From: Elusimicrobiota bacterium
GTDB lineage: Bacteria; Elusimicrobiota; Endomicrobiia; Endomicrobiales; JBDRNC01
Assembly: GCA_043811535.1 (NCBI GenBank)
Contig: JBDRNC010000008.1
Location: 68,656 to 132,655 of the forward strand
DNA length: 64,000 nucleotides
Reading direction: 5' to 3'
The notes beneath the pieces were generated by a model, which ran no database searches, was not told the origin of the DNA, and saw only the letters and a list, made by a program, of their open reading frames with translations. The position numbers and the translations under genes are program-made. Shown here in pieces: positions 29,658-38,818 of this stretch (its first letter is position 1; every line of letters begins with the position of its first letter).

Positions 29658-30762
29658 GCCGATAAACTTCTATCTTCCGTCTTCCTTCTGCCGTAATCCG
29701 CGCGGCCAGGTATTACCATACGCTCTGGTTATGCTCCTTGTCCTGATTATGTGCTGGGCGATGATGCTGAATATCGCGAAACTAACCGCGGACCGCATGA
29801 TTACGCAAAACGCGGCCGACAACGCGGCTGTTTCCGCCGCGGTTTACAGGGCCAGGGCCTTGAATACGCTCGGGCTCATGAATAACGCGATCGGCGCTCT
29901 GTTGTACGGCGGCAATGACGCGGTCACATCTTTTTGCTGGACATATCATAAATACTGCGTAAGCGTCGGCCTGACAGGATTGCCGGCAGGCGCGGCAATA
30001 CCCCTTTTTCCTATGGGGGGATTGAACCCCGGAGACCTTCCCGGGGAATATGCTGAAGACAACCAGAAAAAGGTCGCGGGATATTTTGATACGTACGGGA
30101 GTAACGACCATCTACAGGTCCGGTTAATTAAAACAGCCGTTGAACAACTGTCCAAGACGCAGCAATTAATAGCAAAAACCATTTATCCCGTTAAAGTACG
30201 CCTGCTCGCTAACGATATCGGCAAGAGACAGGAAAAAAACCGCGCCGGAGAATATTCAGGCGCCGATCTCACATATATCGCAAGAGGAACATCGCTGGGC
30301 CTCAAAACAAACACAAACGGCCCCGAGTACCATAGATCCAAGAAACTTGGCTGGCCCGAATCTTTTCTGATAAAAGGTGCGATAAACACGCTCATAGCGC
30401 TCACCGGTACCCCTGTGGAAATCAAGGAAATATACCAGGCTGAAAGATGGAGCAGCGGGAACTCTTCATGGCTGTACGCCGATAAAGAAGAATTTGACAA
30501 GAATCACAAAATAACCGTTATTTGCGAAAGGCAGGAGAAAGGCTATCCTCTGCTCGCCGGCTGGTTCGGGATAAAGTGGCCGTCAATAAAGACCATAGCG
30601 GCCGCAGGGACCTACAATACCGCCGGGCCGATGTTCCCTGTGGAAACGAATGAAAAACCGTCCGACGCTATCTCTCCCGTGATCAGGGAATACCAAAAAG
30701 CCGAAGATCACGGATGGGACGCGCACCTGGCGCCGGTTAAACAAATGGGGATACTGCATTGA
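29650..30762 (+). CDS. TadG-like Flp assembly protein
   Basis: RGQ|VL plus TM helix, QNAADNAAVSAA motif; start placed at ATG 29650. Confidence 0.8.
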   Translation: MNKPINFYLPSSFCRNPRGQVLPYALVMLLVLIMCWAMMLNIAKLTADRMITQNAADNAAVSAAVYRARALNTLGLMNNAIGALLYGGNDAVTSFCWTYHKYCVSVGLTGLPAGAAIPLFPMGGLNPGDLPGEYAEDNQKKVAGYFDTYGSNDHLQVRLIKTAVEQLSKTQQLIAKTIYPVKVRLLANDIGKRQEKNRAGEYSGADLTYIARGTSLGLKTNTNGPEYHRSKKLGWPESFLIKGAINTLIALTGTPVEIKEIYQAERWSSGNSSWLYADKEEFDKNHKITVICERQEKGYPLLAGWFGIKWPSIKTIAAAGTYNTAGPMFPVETNEKPSDAISPVIREYQKAEDHGWDAHLAPVKQMGILH

Positions 30763-31373
30763 CGACAATTACAGATTACAAATTACAAATTACATACAAA
30801 AAAAGAAACGGCGGGCAGGCCCGCCAAAGGCACTACGGCGGGCAGGCGCTTGTGGAAATTGTATTAGTCATTCCGCTTTTTATTCTTATCATATCTTTTA
30901 CTTTGTGGTTCGCGCGGGTCTTGATAACGAAACAACAGCTGGTGACCGCCGCCCGATACGGAACCGACATGATCCTTTACACAACGCTCAACGAAAAACA
31001 GATAAAAAAAGAAATTCGCAATTACCTTTCGGATACCAATATTGAAGGAAGGAAACTTGATCCCGCCGGGCTGCCTGACGAAAATATCGCGGTTAAAATC
31101 GAAGGCTTCGTTCTCCCTGATTTTTCAAGCCCGTATGACCTGCTGGATCCTGGAAAATTGGGCAGACTTCTCGACGCGGGCAACCTGCTGGCCTTCCCTG
31201 AAAGGCACACTTCATGGGTTGAAATCCATTATGAATTCAGAACGCCGCGCGTCGTCTCGAATTTCAGCAGATATTTCTCCGGAGGTTTTCTGCCTGAGTC
31301 AATCACTATCTCGGGAAGGTCCGAAGTGCTCGCGGGAACCGGCTGCGGGAATGGGATACATGGACGACAGTAA
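30759..31373 (+). CDS. TadE-like pseudopilin
   Basis: GQ|ALVE, PLFILII, AARYG; TTG start overlaps the upstream stop. Confidence 0.82.
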   Translation: MTTITDYKLQITYKKRNGGQARQRHYGGQALVEIVLVIPLFILIISFTLWFARVLITKQQLVTAARYGTDMILYTTLNEKQIKKEIRNYLSDTNIEGRKLDPAGLPDENIAVKIEGFVLPDFSSPYDLLDPGKLGRLLDAGNLLAFPERHTSWVEIHYEFRTPRVVSNFSRYFSGGFLPESITISGRSEVLAGTGCGNGIHGRQ

Positions 31374-31455
31374 TGAGTAATGGGTATTGAGTATTGGGTT
31401 TTTAGTATTTAGTATTTAGTGTTTAGAGTTTGTCTTAAATGGGGGGTGATTCACA

Positions 31456-31629
31456 ATGCTTATTAACTTCAGAAGGAACAGCAGGGGGCAGGGGATGGTG
31501 GAGTATATCCTGATAGTCGCGCTGATCGCGGTCATCGTGCTTGTCGGGATCAAACTATTCGGCGGCAAGATCAACACGCTGTTTCAGGACTCAGCCGAGA
31601 AGATTGAATCCGAGGCAAGGCCGCAATAA
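31456..31629 (+). CDS. flp: Flp family type IVb major pilin (57 aa, below the ORF-track cutoff)
   Basis: MLINFRRNSRGQ|GMVEYILIVALIAVIVLVGIKLFGGKINTLFQDSAEKIESEARPQ; SD GGGGGTGAT upstream. Confidence 0.93.
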   Translation: MLINFRRNSRGQGMVEYILIVALIAVIVLVGIKLFGGKINTLFQDSAEKIESEARPQ

Positions 31630-31775
31630 CGCAGATTGTCACAGATAACTAGCACAGATAAGCGCAGATAAGACGTATCTGCGGCAATCTGCGTTTAAAA
31701 ATCTGTTTAATCTGCGCATGGGGCTTATCTGCGTTAATGTTTGTTGTCATAAAATCTGCGGTTATCTGCGTATGG
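31629..31775. repeat. 9-mer (ACGCAGATT / AATCTGCGT) mirrored repeat hairpin
   Basis: GCAGAT units followed by ATCTGC units; related to 35719-36041. Confidence 0.8.
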
Positions 31776-31785
31776 GGGATAATAA

Positions 31786-32655
31786 ATGAAAAAGTCTTTA
31801 ATCGCAACAGCAGTCTTCGGGCTCGTTTCCGCGGCGCTGGCCGGGCTCTATCTCGACTCTCTGGAAAAGACATATAAACAGAATTACGAAAAAACAAAAG
31901 TCCTTATATCAAAGCAATATATCGACCAGGGAATGATACTGGACGAATCCATGACTGAGGAAGTTATCGTTCCGAAAGCTTATATCCAGCCGCGCGCGAT
32001 ACCGTCAAAAAAGGACCTTGTCAATTCCGACGGGCGCAGGATATTCATGACGATAGTGCCTATCGTAAAGGGCGAGCAGATCGTCACGACCAAGCTTTTC
32101 ATGCTGGGGATGGATATCGGGCTTTCAGCCGTGGTCCCGGCCGAAAAAAGGGCCGTAACGCTTGTTTGCGACAGGCAGGACGTGCGCGGCCTGATAAAAC
32201 CGGGTAACAGGGTTGATATCATAGGGGTTTTTGAATATGAAGACAACGGCGGCAGGTTCCGGCAGGCCTCCGCGACAATTCTTCAAAACATACTGGTGCT
32301 CTCGGTAGAAGATATCTTTTTCGGCGGCGAAAAGCTGAATGACTCCAGGAAAACCGGCAGTCCGTACCCGGAATCCGCGGAAAGCAAGATCCCGGTTTCT
32401 CTCGCGTTGACTCCTCAGGAAGCCGAACTGCTGGCGCTTGCTTCGGAAAAAGGAATCATCAGGTTTTCGCTCAGATCCATGGGAGACGACCGCTTGGCGG
32501 CGACAACGGGCGCGAAAATGCAGGATCTTTTAAAAGACGCGCCCGCGTCCGCGAAAACCGGCGCGAAAGAGGAAAACGCGGAACCGTACGTCAAAGAAAT
32601 GCGGAAGAAACAGCGTGAAGCCCTTGAACTGCTGAATAAATATCGAGCTCCTTAG
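31786..32655 (+). CDS. cpaB: Flp pilus assembly protein CpaB/RcpC
   Basis: N-terminal TM, SAF-like region, KRAVTL, GLIKPGNRVDII, ILQNILVLSV, LTPQEAELLALA. Confidence 0.9.
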   Translation: MKKSLIATAVFGLVSAALAGLYLDSLEKTYKQNYEKTKVLISKQYIDQGMILDESMTEEVIVPKAYIQPRAIPSKKDLVNSDGRRIFMTIVPIVKGEQIVTTKLFMLGMDIGLSAVVPAEKRAVTLVCDRQDVRGLIKPGNRVDIIGVFEYEDNGGRFRQASATILQNILVLSVEDIFFGGEKLNDSRKTGSPYPESAESKIPVSLALTPQEAELLALASEKGIIRFSLRSMGDDRLAATTGAKMQDLLKDAPASAKTGAKEENAEPYVKEMRKKQREALELLNKYRAP

Positions 32656-32764
32656 TTTATGATAAATATGTTTGCGAGATCCGCCGTGGCGGACAAGAAA
32701 ACAATCATCATCCCCATCCCAACCTTCCCCTATCAAAGGGGAAGGTGAAGGAATAAGAATAATC

Positions 32765-34834
32765 ATGGGAAAAATAATTTCTATCTTAGGAACCGGAAAC
32801 CAGGCAGAATCTTCAACAATCGGAGTAAATTTGTCGGTCGCGCTCGCCGCGCAAACTAAAACTCCCGCGGCATTGATCGGTTTTGACGGAAATTCCCTGG
32901 ATGAACTTGAGGTCTTCTTCAATCTCAGGCCGTCAAAAAGCATTGAAGACATCATTCAGCCGCGGGGAAATGCCGGTGAAACCATTTTTGCCAGGCACAC
33001 TTCGGACGTGGATATAGCCGGGTTTGCCGGGCCTTTCCGTTTTGAAAAAGAAATTTCCGCGCGCTTAAACGAATTCATCGCGTCAGTTTCGGAGAATTAT
33101 CCCTACACTCTGCTTCTCTGCCCGAAACCCGGCTGCGAGGAAATACCCCTCATCGCGGGTATATCGGACATAATGCTGCTTGTAATTACCCCTGACTGCC
33201 TGTCCCTCAAACGAGCTAAAACCATTCTCGGCGCGATAAAATCAAATCATTTCTCATTTGAGATGATTAAACCGGTCATTCTGGACGATGATAGCGGCGG
33301 CGCAATTTCTGAAGAAGACATAGAAAGATTTCTCGGCCTAAACGTATTCCGCAGACTGACGTTTGAGCGCGGAAGTACGGCGTCCGGCATAAACACCGGC
33401 AGGCCGGTCGTTTTCTCCGAACCAAGCAGCAGGTTTTCTTCAGGCATAATAGACCTCTCAAAAATGCTGATTAAACTGGCTATCACTGAAAAGAAAATAG
33501 CGCGCGGCCGCGCGGAATCCCAGGTCGGATCGCCGGAAGAAAAAACCCGCGGCGCAAAGAGGTTAGACGACCTCAAAGAGACGATACACAAACGTATTAT
33601 TGAAGAAATTGACGTGAAATCAGTCGATTTGAAAGACCCGGAGAAAATACGGCAAAACCGCGCTAAAGCCGCCGAGATCATATGCGACATGCTTTCCCGG
33701 GAATCCGAAAATGAAATCCCGAGGGAACTCAGGCCCGCCTTCGTTGAAGAGCTGCTTGACGAGGTATTCGGGCTGGGATGCCTTGAGAAACTGCTGGATG
33801 ACCCGGAAATCACCGAGATAATGGTAAACGGCCCCGAAACGGTATATGTCGAAAAAGGCGGAAAGATTCATGGCTCCGGCGCGCGGTTTTCCGGGCAAGG
33901 CCAGCTACTTACGGTCATTGACAGGATTGTCTCGCCGCTGGGGCGCAGGATTGATGAATCTTCGCCAATTGTGGACGCGCGCCTTCCCGACGGCTCGCGC
34001 GTCAACGCTGTGATACCTCCTATTTCGCTTGTTGGCCCCGTCATAACTATCAGGAAATTCGCGAAAAAGAAATTAACAGTTGAAGACCTTGTCAATTTCG
34101 GAGCGTTGACCGCGGAGATGGCGGAATTCCTGAAAACCTGCGTTCTGCTTCGCAAGAATATCGTGATATCCGGAGGGACCGGCTCGGGCAAAACTACCCT
34201 GCTTAACGTCATGTCATCCTTCATCCCGGAAGACGAGCGCATACTGACTATAGAGGATTCCGCTGAGCTTAATTTGCCGCAGGCGCACGTTGTACGCCTT
34301 GAGGCCCGGCCGCCGTCCATAGAAGGCGCCGGCGAAGTCCCGATAAGGCGTCTCGTGATAACCGCGCTCCGCATGCGCCCTGACAGAATAGTGGTAGGCG
34401 AATGCCGCGGCGGCGAGGCGCTGGACATGCTTCAGGCGATGAATACCGGCCACGACGGCTCGATGACTACGGTCCACGCCAACTCGCCGAAAGACGCTGT
34501 TTCCAGGATCGCCACGATGGTGATGATGGCCGGAATGGACCTGCCGGATAAAGCGATAAAAGAGCAGATCGCTTCGGCGGTCAGGATAATAATACAGCTT
34601 TCGCGCTTATCCGACGGTTCAAGAAAAATTGTGCAGATATCCGAACTCGGCGGCGGGGAGAACGGCGCAATAAAAATAGCGCCCCTGTTCGAATACGCGC
34701 GGTCAGGGATTATTGAAGGCAGGGTTGTCGGAAAATTCGAACCGGCGGGGACGCTGCCGGATTTTTTTGACGAAATCGAACAACACGGGCTCAAATTGGA
34801 CAAGAAGATATTTTTTGGATTGGGGGGAAAATGA
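32765..34834 (+). CDS. cpaF: Fused CpaE/TadZ-like (degenerate MinD/ParA) and CpaF/TadA secretion ATPase
   Basis: C-terminal half has EIMVNG, VDARLPDGSRVN, SGGTGSGKTTLLN, LRMRPDRIVVGECRG, AMNTGH; N-terminal half resembles MinD; start placed at ATG 32765. Confidence 0.9.
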   Translation: MGKIISILGTGNQAESSTIGVNLSVALAAQTKTPAALIGFDGNSLDELEVFFNLRPSKSIEDIIQPRGNAGETIFARHTSDVDIAGFAGPFRFEKEISARLNEFIASVSENYPYTLLLCPKPGCEEIPLIAGISDIMLLVITPDCLSLKRAKTILGAIKSNHFSFEMIKPVILDDDSGGAISEEDIERFLGLNVFRRLTFERGSTASGINTGRPVVFSEPSSRFSSGIIDLSKMLIKLAITEKKIARGRAESQVGSPEEKTRGAKRLDDLKETIHKRIIEEIDVKSVDLKDPEKIRQNRAKAAEIICDMLSRESENEIPRELRPAFVEELLDEVFGLGCLEKLLDDPEITEIMVNGPETVYVEKGGKIHGSGARFSGQGQLLTVIDRIVSPLGRRIDESSPIVDARLPDGSRVNAVIPPISLVGPVITIRKFAKKKLTVEDLVNFGALTAEMAEFLKTCVLLRKNIVISGGTGSGKTTLLNVMSSFIPEDERILTIEDSAELNLPQAHVVRLEARPPSIEGAGEVPIRRLVITALRMRPDRIVVGECRGGEALDMLQAMNTGHDGSMTTVHANSPKDAVSRIATMVMMAGMDLPDKAIKEQIASAVRIIIQLSRLSDGSRKIVQISELGGGENGAIKIAPLFEYARSGIIEGRVVGKFEPAGTLPDFFDEIEQHGLKLDKKIFFGLGGK

Positions 34835-35715
34835 TCCTGCTGTTTAAACTGCTCGCGGCTGTCTCGCTGTTCTGCCTTTTCGTTTCTGCTGCCCTGCTGA
34901 CCGCTATGTGGGCCTCAAAACTGTTTTCCGGAAGGTTACCTGCCGGCGGCCGGAAACAGGTTACCGCAAAAACAAAGGAAATCCTGGCCGCGTTCCGTTC
35001 GGCGCTGGATGACAATCCGTATTCCTCGAAATCAAGAAAAATAAGGGCCGCCGCCGCGTCCGCGTTTTTCTTCGCGCTCTCAATAATCTCCGGCAAGATA
35101 ATACTGGCATTTACCGGCGCCGTGTTGTTTTTCTGCTTATCCGGTTTCTATTTCAAAAGGCGGATTCTCCGGAGGCAGGATATCTTTGAGACGCAGCTTT
35201 CCGAAGCTCTTACCATGATAACCGGTTCGGTCAAGGCGGGACAGTCGTTTGTCCAGGCGCTTGAGAACACCGCTCTAAACGCCAAGCCGCCGCTGTCGGA
35301 GGAACTCCTGCTCGTACTTGGCCGGATAAAACTCGGCGCGCCTCTGAACCGGGCGCTACTGGAAATGTCGGAACGCAATCCCGGCAGGGAGCTAAAGTTG
35401 GCGGTAATATCCATAAACATAGCCCGCGAAACCGGCGGGAATATAGGCGAAATGCTTGTGCGCGTATCCCACGCGATCTCTGAGCGCAAAAGAATCCGCG
35501 GAAAGATCAACTCTTTAACATCGCAGGGCAAGGCATCGGGCGTCATAATGAGCGCAATCCCGCTTGTATTGCTTTTCGCGCTCTACTTCATGTCTCCCGA
35601 AACAACCGGGCTGTTATTTACAACCGTCCCGGGCAACCTGATGCTCGCGCTGGCGGCGCTTATGATATCTATCGGCGCTTTCTTTGTCAAGAAAATTACC
35701 GAAATTGACATCTAG
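34831..35715 (+). CDS. tadB: TadB (T2SS F-family) inner-membrane protein
   Basis: FETQLSEAL, VKAGQSF, ETGGNI, LTSQGKAS. Confidence 0.88.
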   Translation: MILLFKLLAAVSLFCLFVSAALLTAMWASKLFSGRLPAGGRKQVTAKTKEILAAFRSALDDNPYSSKSRKIRAAAASAFFFALSIISGKIILAFTGAVLFFCLSGFYFKRRILRRQDIFETQLSEALTMITGSVKAGQSFVQALENTALNAKPPLSEELLLVLGRIKLGAPLNRALLEMSERNPGRELKLAVISINIARETGGNIGEMLVRVSHAISERKRIRGKINSLTSQGKASGVIMSAIPLVLLFALYFMSPETTGLLFTTVPGNLMLALAALMISIGAFFVKKITEIDI

Positions 35716-35718
35716 GGA

Positions 35719-36041
35719 TACGCAGATTAACGCAGATTCTTAAGACCAGATTACGCAGACAAAACCAAGACGCAGACGACTTCATATATTAAGTCAATGG
35801 AATCCCGCTTTAGCGGGATGAACACAGATAGAAAACTCAGATTAGCGCAGAATAAAACGCAGATTATCACAGAATTAAACTCAGATTATCGCAGATAATA
35901 TGTATCTGTGGCAATCTGCGGGTATCTGCACATGAGGCTTATCTGCGTTAATACTTTTTGTTAAAGAATCTGCGGGCATCTGCGTATGAGGTTTATCTGC
36001 GTTAATACTTTTTGTTAAAGAATCTGCGGGCATCTGCGTAT
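35719..36041. repeat. Long 9-mer mirrored repeat region with a perfect 49-nt direct duplication
   Basis: GCAGATT units then ATCTGCG units; 35939-35987 is identical to 35993-36041. Confidence 0.85.
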
Positions 36042-36052
36042 AGGAGGGAGAT

Positions 36053-36937
36053 ATGCTTATATTTTTGTCGGCACTTTGTTTCGGCGCGGCAACAGCGATG
36101 CTGTTCTATGTCGCCGCGGGTATTATTGAGAACCTTGGGATGGAAAAGGCCCTTCAATCGCGGCTCCGGAAAACCTTTGAATTCCAGCAGAGAGGGATAA
36201 AAGGCAATATTTTCTTCATTTCCAACAGGTTGGGCGGGCGAATCGCCAGAATAAAGTCGCCTTACCTGTTGAAGTTATCGCGAAAGATTGAATATTTCAT
36301 TTCTATCCTTAACGAACCCTATAACAAAATCGATACCGCCACCTACATCGGACTGCATTTTATATTCGCGGCGACGGCGGCTCTGCTGGCGGCCTTCGCG
36401 CTGGAAACATTCAACCCGGCCCCGCTCACGGCCGCGTTCTGCGCGGGTTTCTTTGTCCCGTATCTCTGGCTTTCCGAAAAAGTGAAGGAAAAGCATAAAA
36501 AAATCTTCAAGCAGCTGCCGGACGTCCTTGTACTGCTGTCGCTCATGATGGAAGCCGGCATGGAGTTCAACGCCGCGCTCAATAAAATAATTGAAATGGA
36601 AGAGGGGGAGCTGACTACGGAACTGTTCATTGTTCAGCAGGAAATAAAGCTCGGAAAATCCAGGATTGACGCCCTTTCGCATATGTCCGGTCGGCTGAAC
36701 CATCCCCAGTTGTCCATGGCGGTCAACGCGCTGGTTACGGCGCTTAAGACCGGGAGCGGCATCGTTCCGACCCTCAAATCCCTGTCCGAACAGTTCAAAA
36801 CCGAGCGCATCCAGCTGGCTGAAAAAGCCGCCAATGAGGCCCCGCTCAAGATGATGTTCCCGCTGGCCTTATTCATATTTCCTACCATATTCATCATCCT
36901 TTTCGGCCCCATAATACTGACTTTCATGGCCGAATGA
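36053..36937 (+). CDS. tadC: TadC (T2SS F-family) inner-membrane protein
   Basis: LPDVLVLL, EAGMEF, LGKSRIDAL, AEKAANEAPLKMMFPL. Confidence 0.9.
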   Translation: MLIFLSALCFGAATAMLFYVAAGIIENLGMEKALQSRLRKTFEFQQRGIKGNIFFISNRLGGRIARIKSPYLLKLSRKIEYFISILNEPYNKIDTATYIGLHFIFAATAALLAAFALETFNPAPLTAAFCAGFFVPYLWLSEKVKEKHKKIFKQLPDVLVLLSLMMEAGMEFNAALNKIIEMEEGELTTELFIVQQEIKLGKSRIDALSHMSGRLNHPQLSMAVNALVTALKTGSGIVPTLKSLSEQFKTERIQLAEKAANEAPLKMMFPLALFIFPTIFIILFGPIILTFMAE

Positions 36938-37007
36938 CTGAATTAGCTGATTTTTCAAGCAATTTCCGAATATGAGTTGAGATTACTCAAAAAAAACATA
37001 TAAAACC

Positions 37008-37036
37008 TTGACACCGGCGAAAAACGGGTATATACT
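37008..37036 (+). promoter_or_regulatory. Sigma70-type promoter
   Basis: TTGACA-17 nt-TATACT directly upstream of the riboswitch. Confidence 0.75.
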
Positions 37037-37049
37037 GATAGTGGCAAAA

Positions 37050-37215
37050 GTTACACCGATAAAGGCAAACCCGGAGTAATCCGGGGACGCAAAGCCGAGG
37101 AACCTAGTAACGACAGTATGAAATAGGAAGACAGAAGAAGGAAGAAAAGGCTGTTAACTTCCATCTTCAAACTTCAATCTTCCGTCTGTCGTTAAGGTTG
37201 GCTGGGGTGCCGGAA
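37050..37215 (+). promoter_or_regulatory. Cyclic di-GMP-I (GEMM) riboswitch with P3 extended by a repeat insert at 37108-37194
   Basis: GGCAAAC-CCGGA-GTAA-TCCGG-GGACGCAAAGC...AACCT[insert]AGGTT-GGC..GGGGTGCC; G at the position equivalent to Vc2 G20. Confidence 0.88.
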
Positions 37216-37222
37216 CAAAAAT

Positions 37223-38818
37223 ATGAAGTATTTAATTAAGGAGAAAAGCAATTTATTACTCAATAATAAATTATTTATCTCCTTATTTTTATGTATATTC
37301 GTATCTTTTTCCGCCGCGGGGGTTGCGCTGGCGGTTTCCGATAAAATACTTGTAAATTTCAAGCCGAATTACCTTTCCAAAACTAACTTCATTTACATTT
37401 CATTCACCCCGGATTACAATCCTGTCGCTCTCTATCCCGAACCGGTGGCCGACCTGGCAGCCGAACCTGTTGACGGCGCCAAAATCAAATTGACCTGGAC
37501 GCCGTCCATATCAGGCGACGCCGCGGCCTATACAATATATTACGCTTCATCCGTTCCATTAATGGATTATTCCAATCCCGCGGATATTGTGTCGCATCCG
37601 GAAGCAACCTGGACGTCGCCTGCTCTTACCGCGGGGCAAGTATATTATTTTGTTGTCCGGACCGTTAACGATTCCGCGAACGAAGAAATCAATACGGACA
37701 TGGTGAGCGCTACCGCCCTGGGCAGTCTCTCGGGAGTGGTGAAGGCCTCGATTAAAATACCCCAGAACGGCAAAAAGATATCAGGCAACCAGCTCATGAT
37801 AATGGCGGAAATCACTTCCGGGAAATTGTCGGACGTAAAGCAGGTGCTTTTTGAATACAAGAACAACAATGAGACCACGACATGGACGGCGCTCCCCGCG
37901 GCAAACAGCAATCATCCGAATCCCGATACCAAGCCGCCGTATTTCATTCAATGGGACGCGCATAACCTCGCGGCGGGAAAGTACAATATCCGCGCCGTAG
38001 CTACCGATATCTACAACTCCGTGGACCCTTCTCCGGGGTATGTAACCGTGACTGCCGACCACAACGACCCCGATGTCTGCGAAGGTAAAAATGAAAAAGG
38101 CGAGCACGAAAAGAAAGAAAAAGTATCCAACCAGAAAGACAATACGATTAAAACCTCGGACAACGAAAAGAACAAGATCACGCAGATCATCATTCCAAAG
38201 GGCTGCATGAGCGTTGACTCTACAATGATAACCGTTGTTGTTGATCCTGTTTTGAATGTTCCCGTTCCGGAAAGGTTCTACGGCATAGACGAGTTCAGGG
38301 AGATAACGCTGCAAAACGGGACCCTTCAGGGCGAAGCCCAGTTGATCATGCAATACGCGGATGATAATGACGACGGCATTTTAGACGGGACGGATATCCC
38401 CGTAGAAACTCTGTGCGTCTATTCCTACAACACGACAAAAATAGAGTGGGAAAAACAAAACTCTACCGTTAACGAAGAAAATAAGACCGTAAACGGCAAG
38501 ACCACGCATTTCTCGCTTTTCGCGCTGTTCGGAGCGCCGGCCGCCGACTTGTCAGGATTAAAAATCTACCCGAACCCGTTCAAGCCTTCAAAGGGACACA
38601 CGTACATAAAATTCGATAATCTTACCCTAAACACGAAGTTACAGATATTCACGCTTGCCGGCGACATAATCTTTGAGAAAGAAGACATAGACATAGGCGA
38701 TTTCAGCTGGCAGGCGGTCAACCAATCGGGGAAGGAAGTCGCCAGCGGCGTCTATATCTGCCTGATAACAAACGATTTGGGCGAGAAAAAGATATCAAAA
38801 ATCGCGGTGATCAGATGA
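37223..38818 (+). CDS. Secreted Ig/FN3-domain protein with a T9SS type-A-like/FlgD-Ig C-terminal domain
   Basis: Signal peptide; FN3-like IKLTW...YYFVVR; Ig-like GKYNIRAVATD; TTHFSLFALF; CTD IYPNPF...ASGVY...KIAVIR. Confidence 0.8.
   Translation: MKYLIKEKSNLLLNNKLFISLFLCIFVSFSAAGVALAVSDKILVNFKPNYLSKTNFIYISFTPDYNPVALYPEPVADLAAEPVDGAKIKLTWTPSISGDAAAYTIYYASSVPLMDYSNPADIVSHPEATWTSPALTAGQVYYFVVRTVNDSANEEINTDMVSATALGSLSGVVKASIKIPQNGKKISGNQLMIMAEITSGKLSDVKQVLFEYKNNNETTTWTALPAANSNHPNPDTKPPYFIQWDAHNLAAGKYNIRAVATDIYNSVDPSPGYVTVTADHNDPDVCEGKNEKGEHEKKEKVSNQKDNTIKTSDNEKNKITQIIIPKGCMSVDSTMITVVVDPVLNVPVPERFYGIDEFREITLQNGTLQGEAQLIMQYADDNDDGILDGTDIPVETLCVYSYNTTKIEWEKQNSTVNEENKTVNGKTTHFSLFALFGAPAADLSGLKIYPNPFKPSKGHTYIKFDNLTLNTKLQIFTLAGDIIFEKEDIDIGDFSWQAVNQSGKEVASGVYICLITNDLGEKKISKIAVIR

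Noticed and set aside
32672..32764. N-terminal extension of the CpaE-CpaF ORF (PSQPSPIKGEG)
   Set aside because: It is the translation of a dispersed palindromic repeat; ATG 32765 is the better start.
35939..36041. 49-nt direct repeat as a CRISPR repeat or att site
   Set aside because: The spacer is only 5 nt and it lies within a 9-mer repeat tract; no integrase is nearby.
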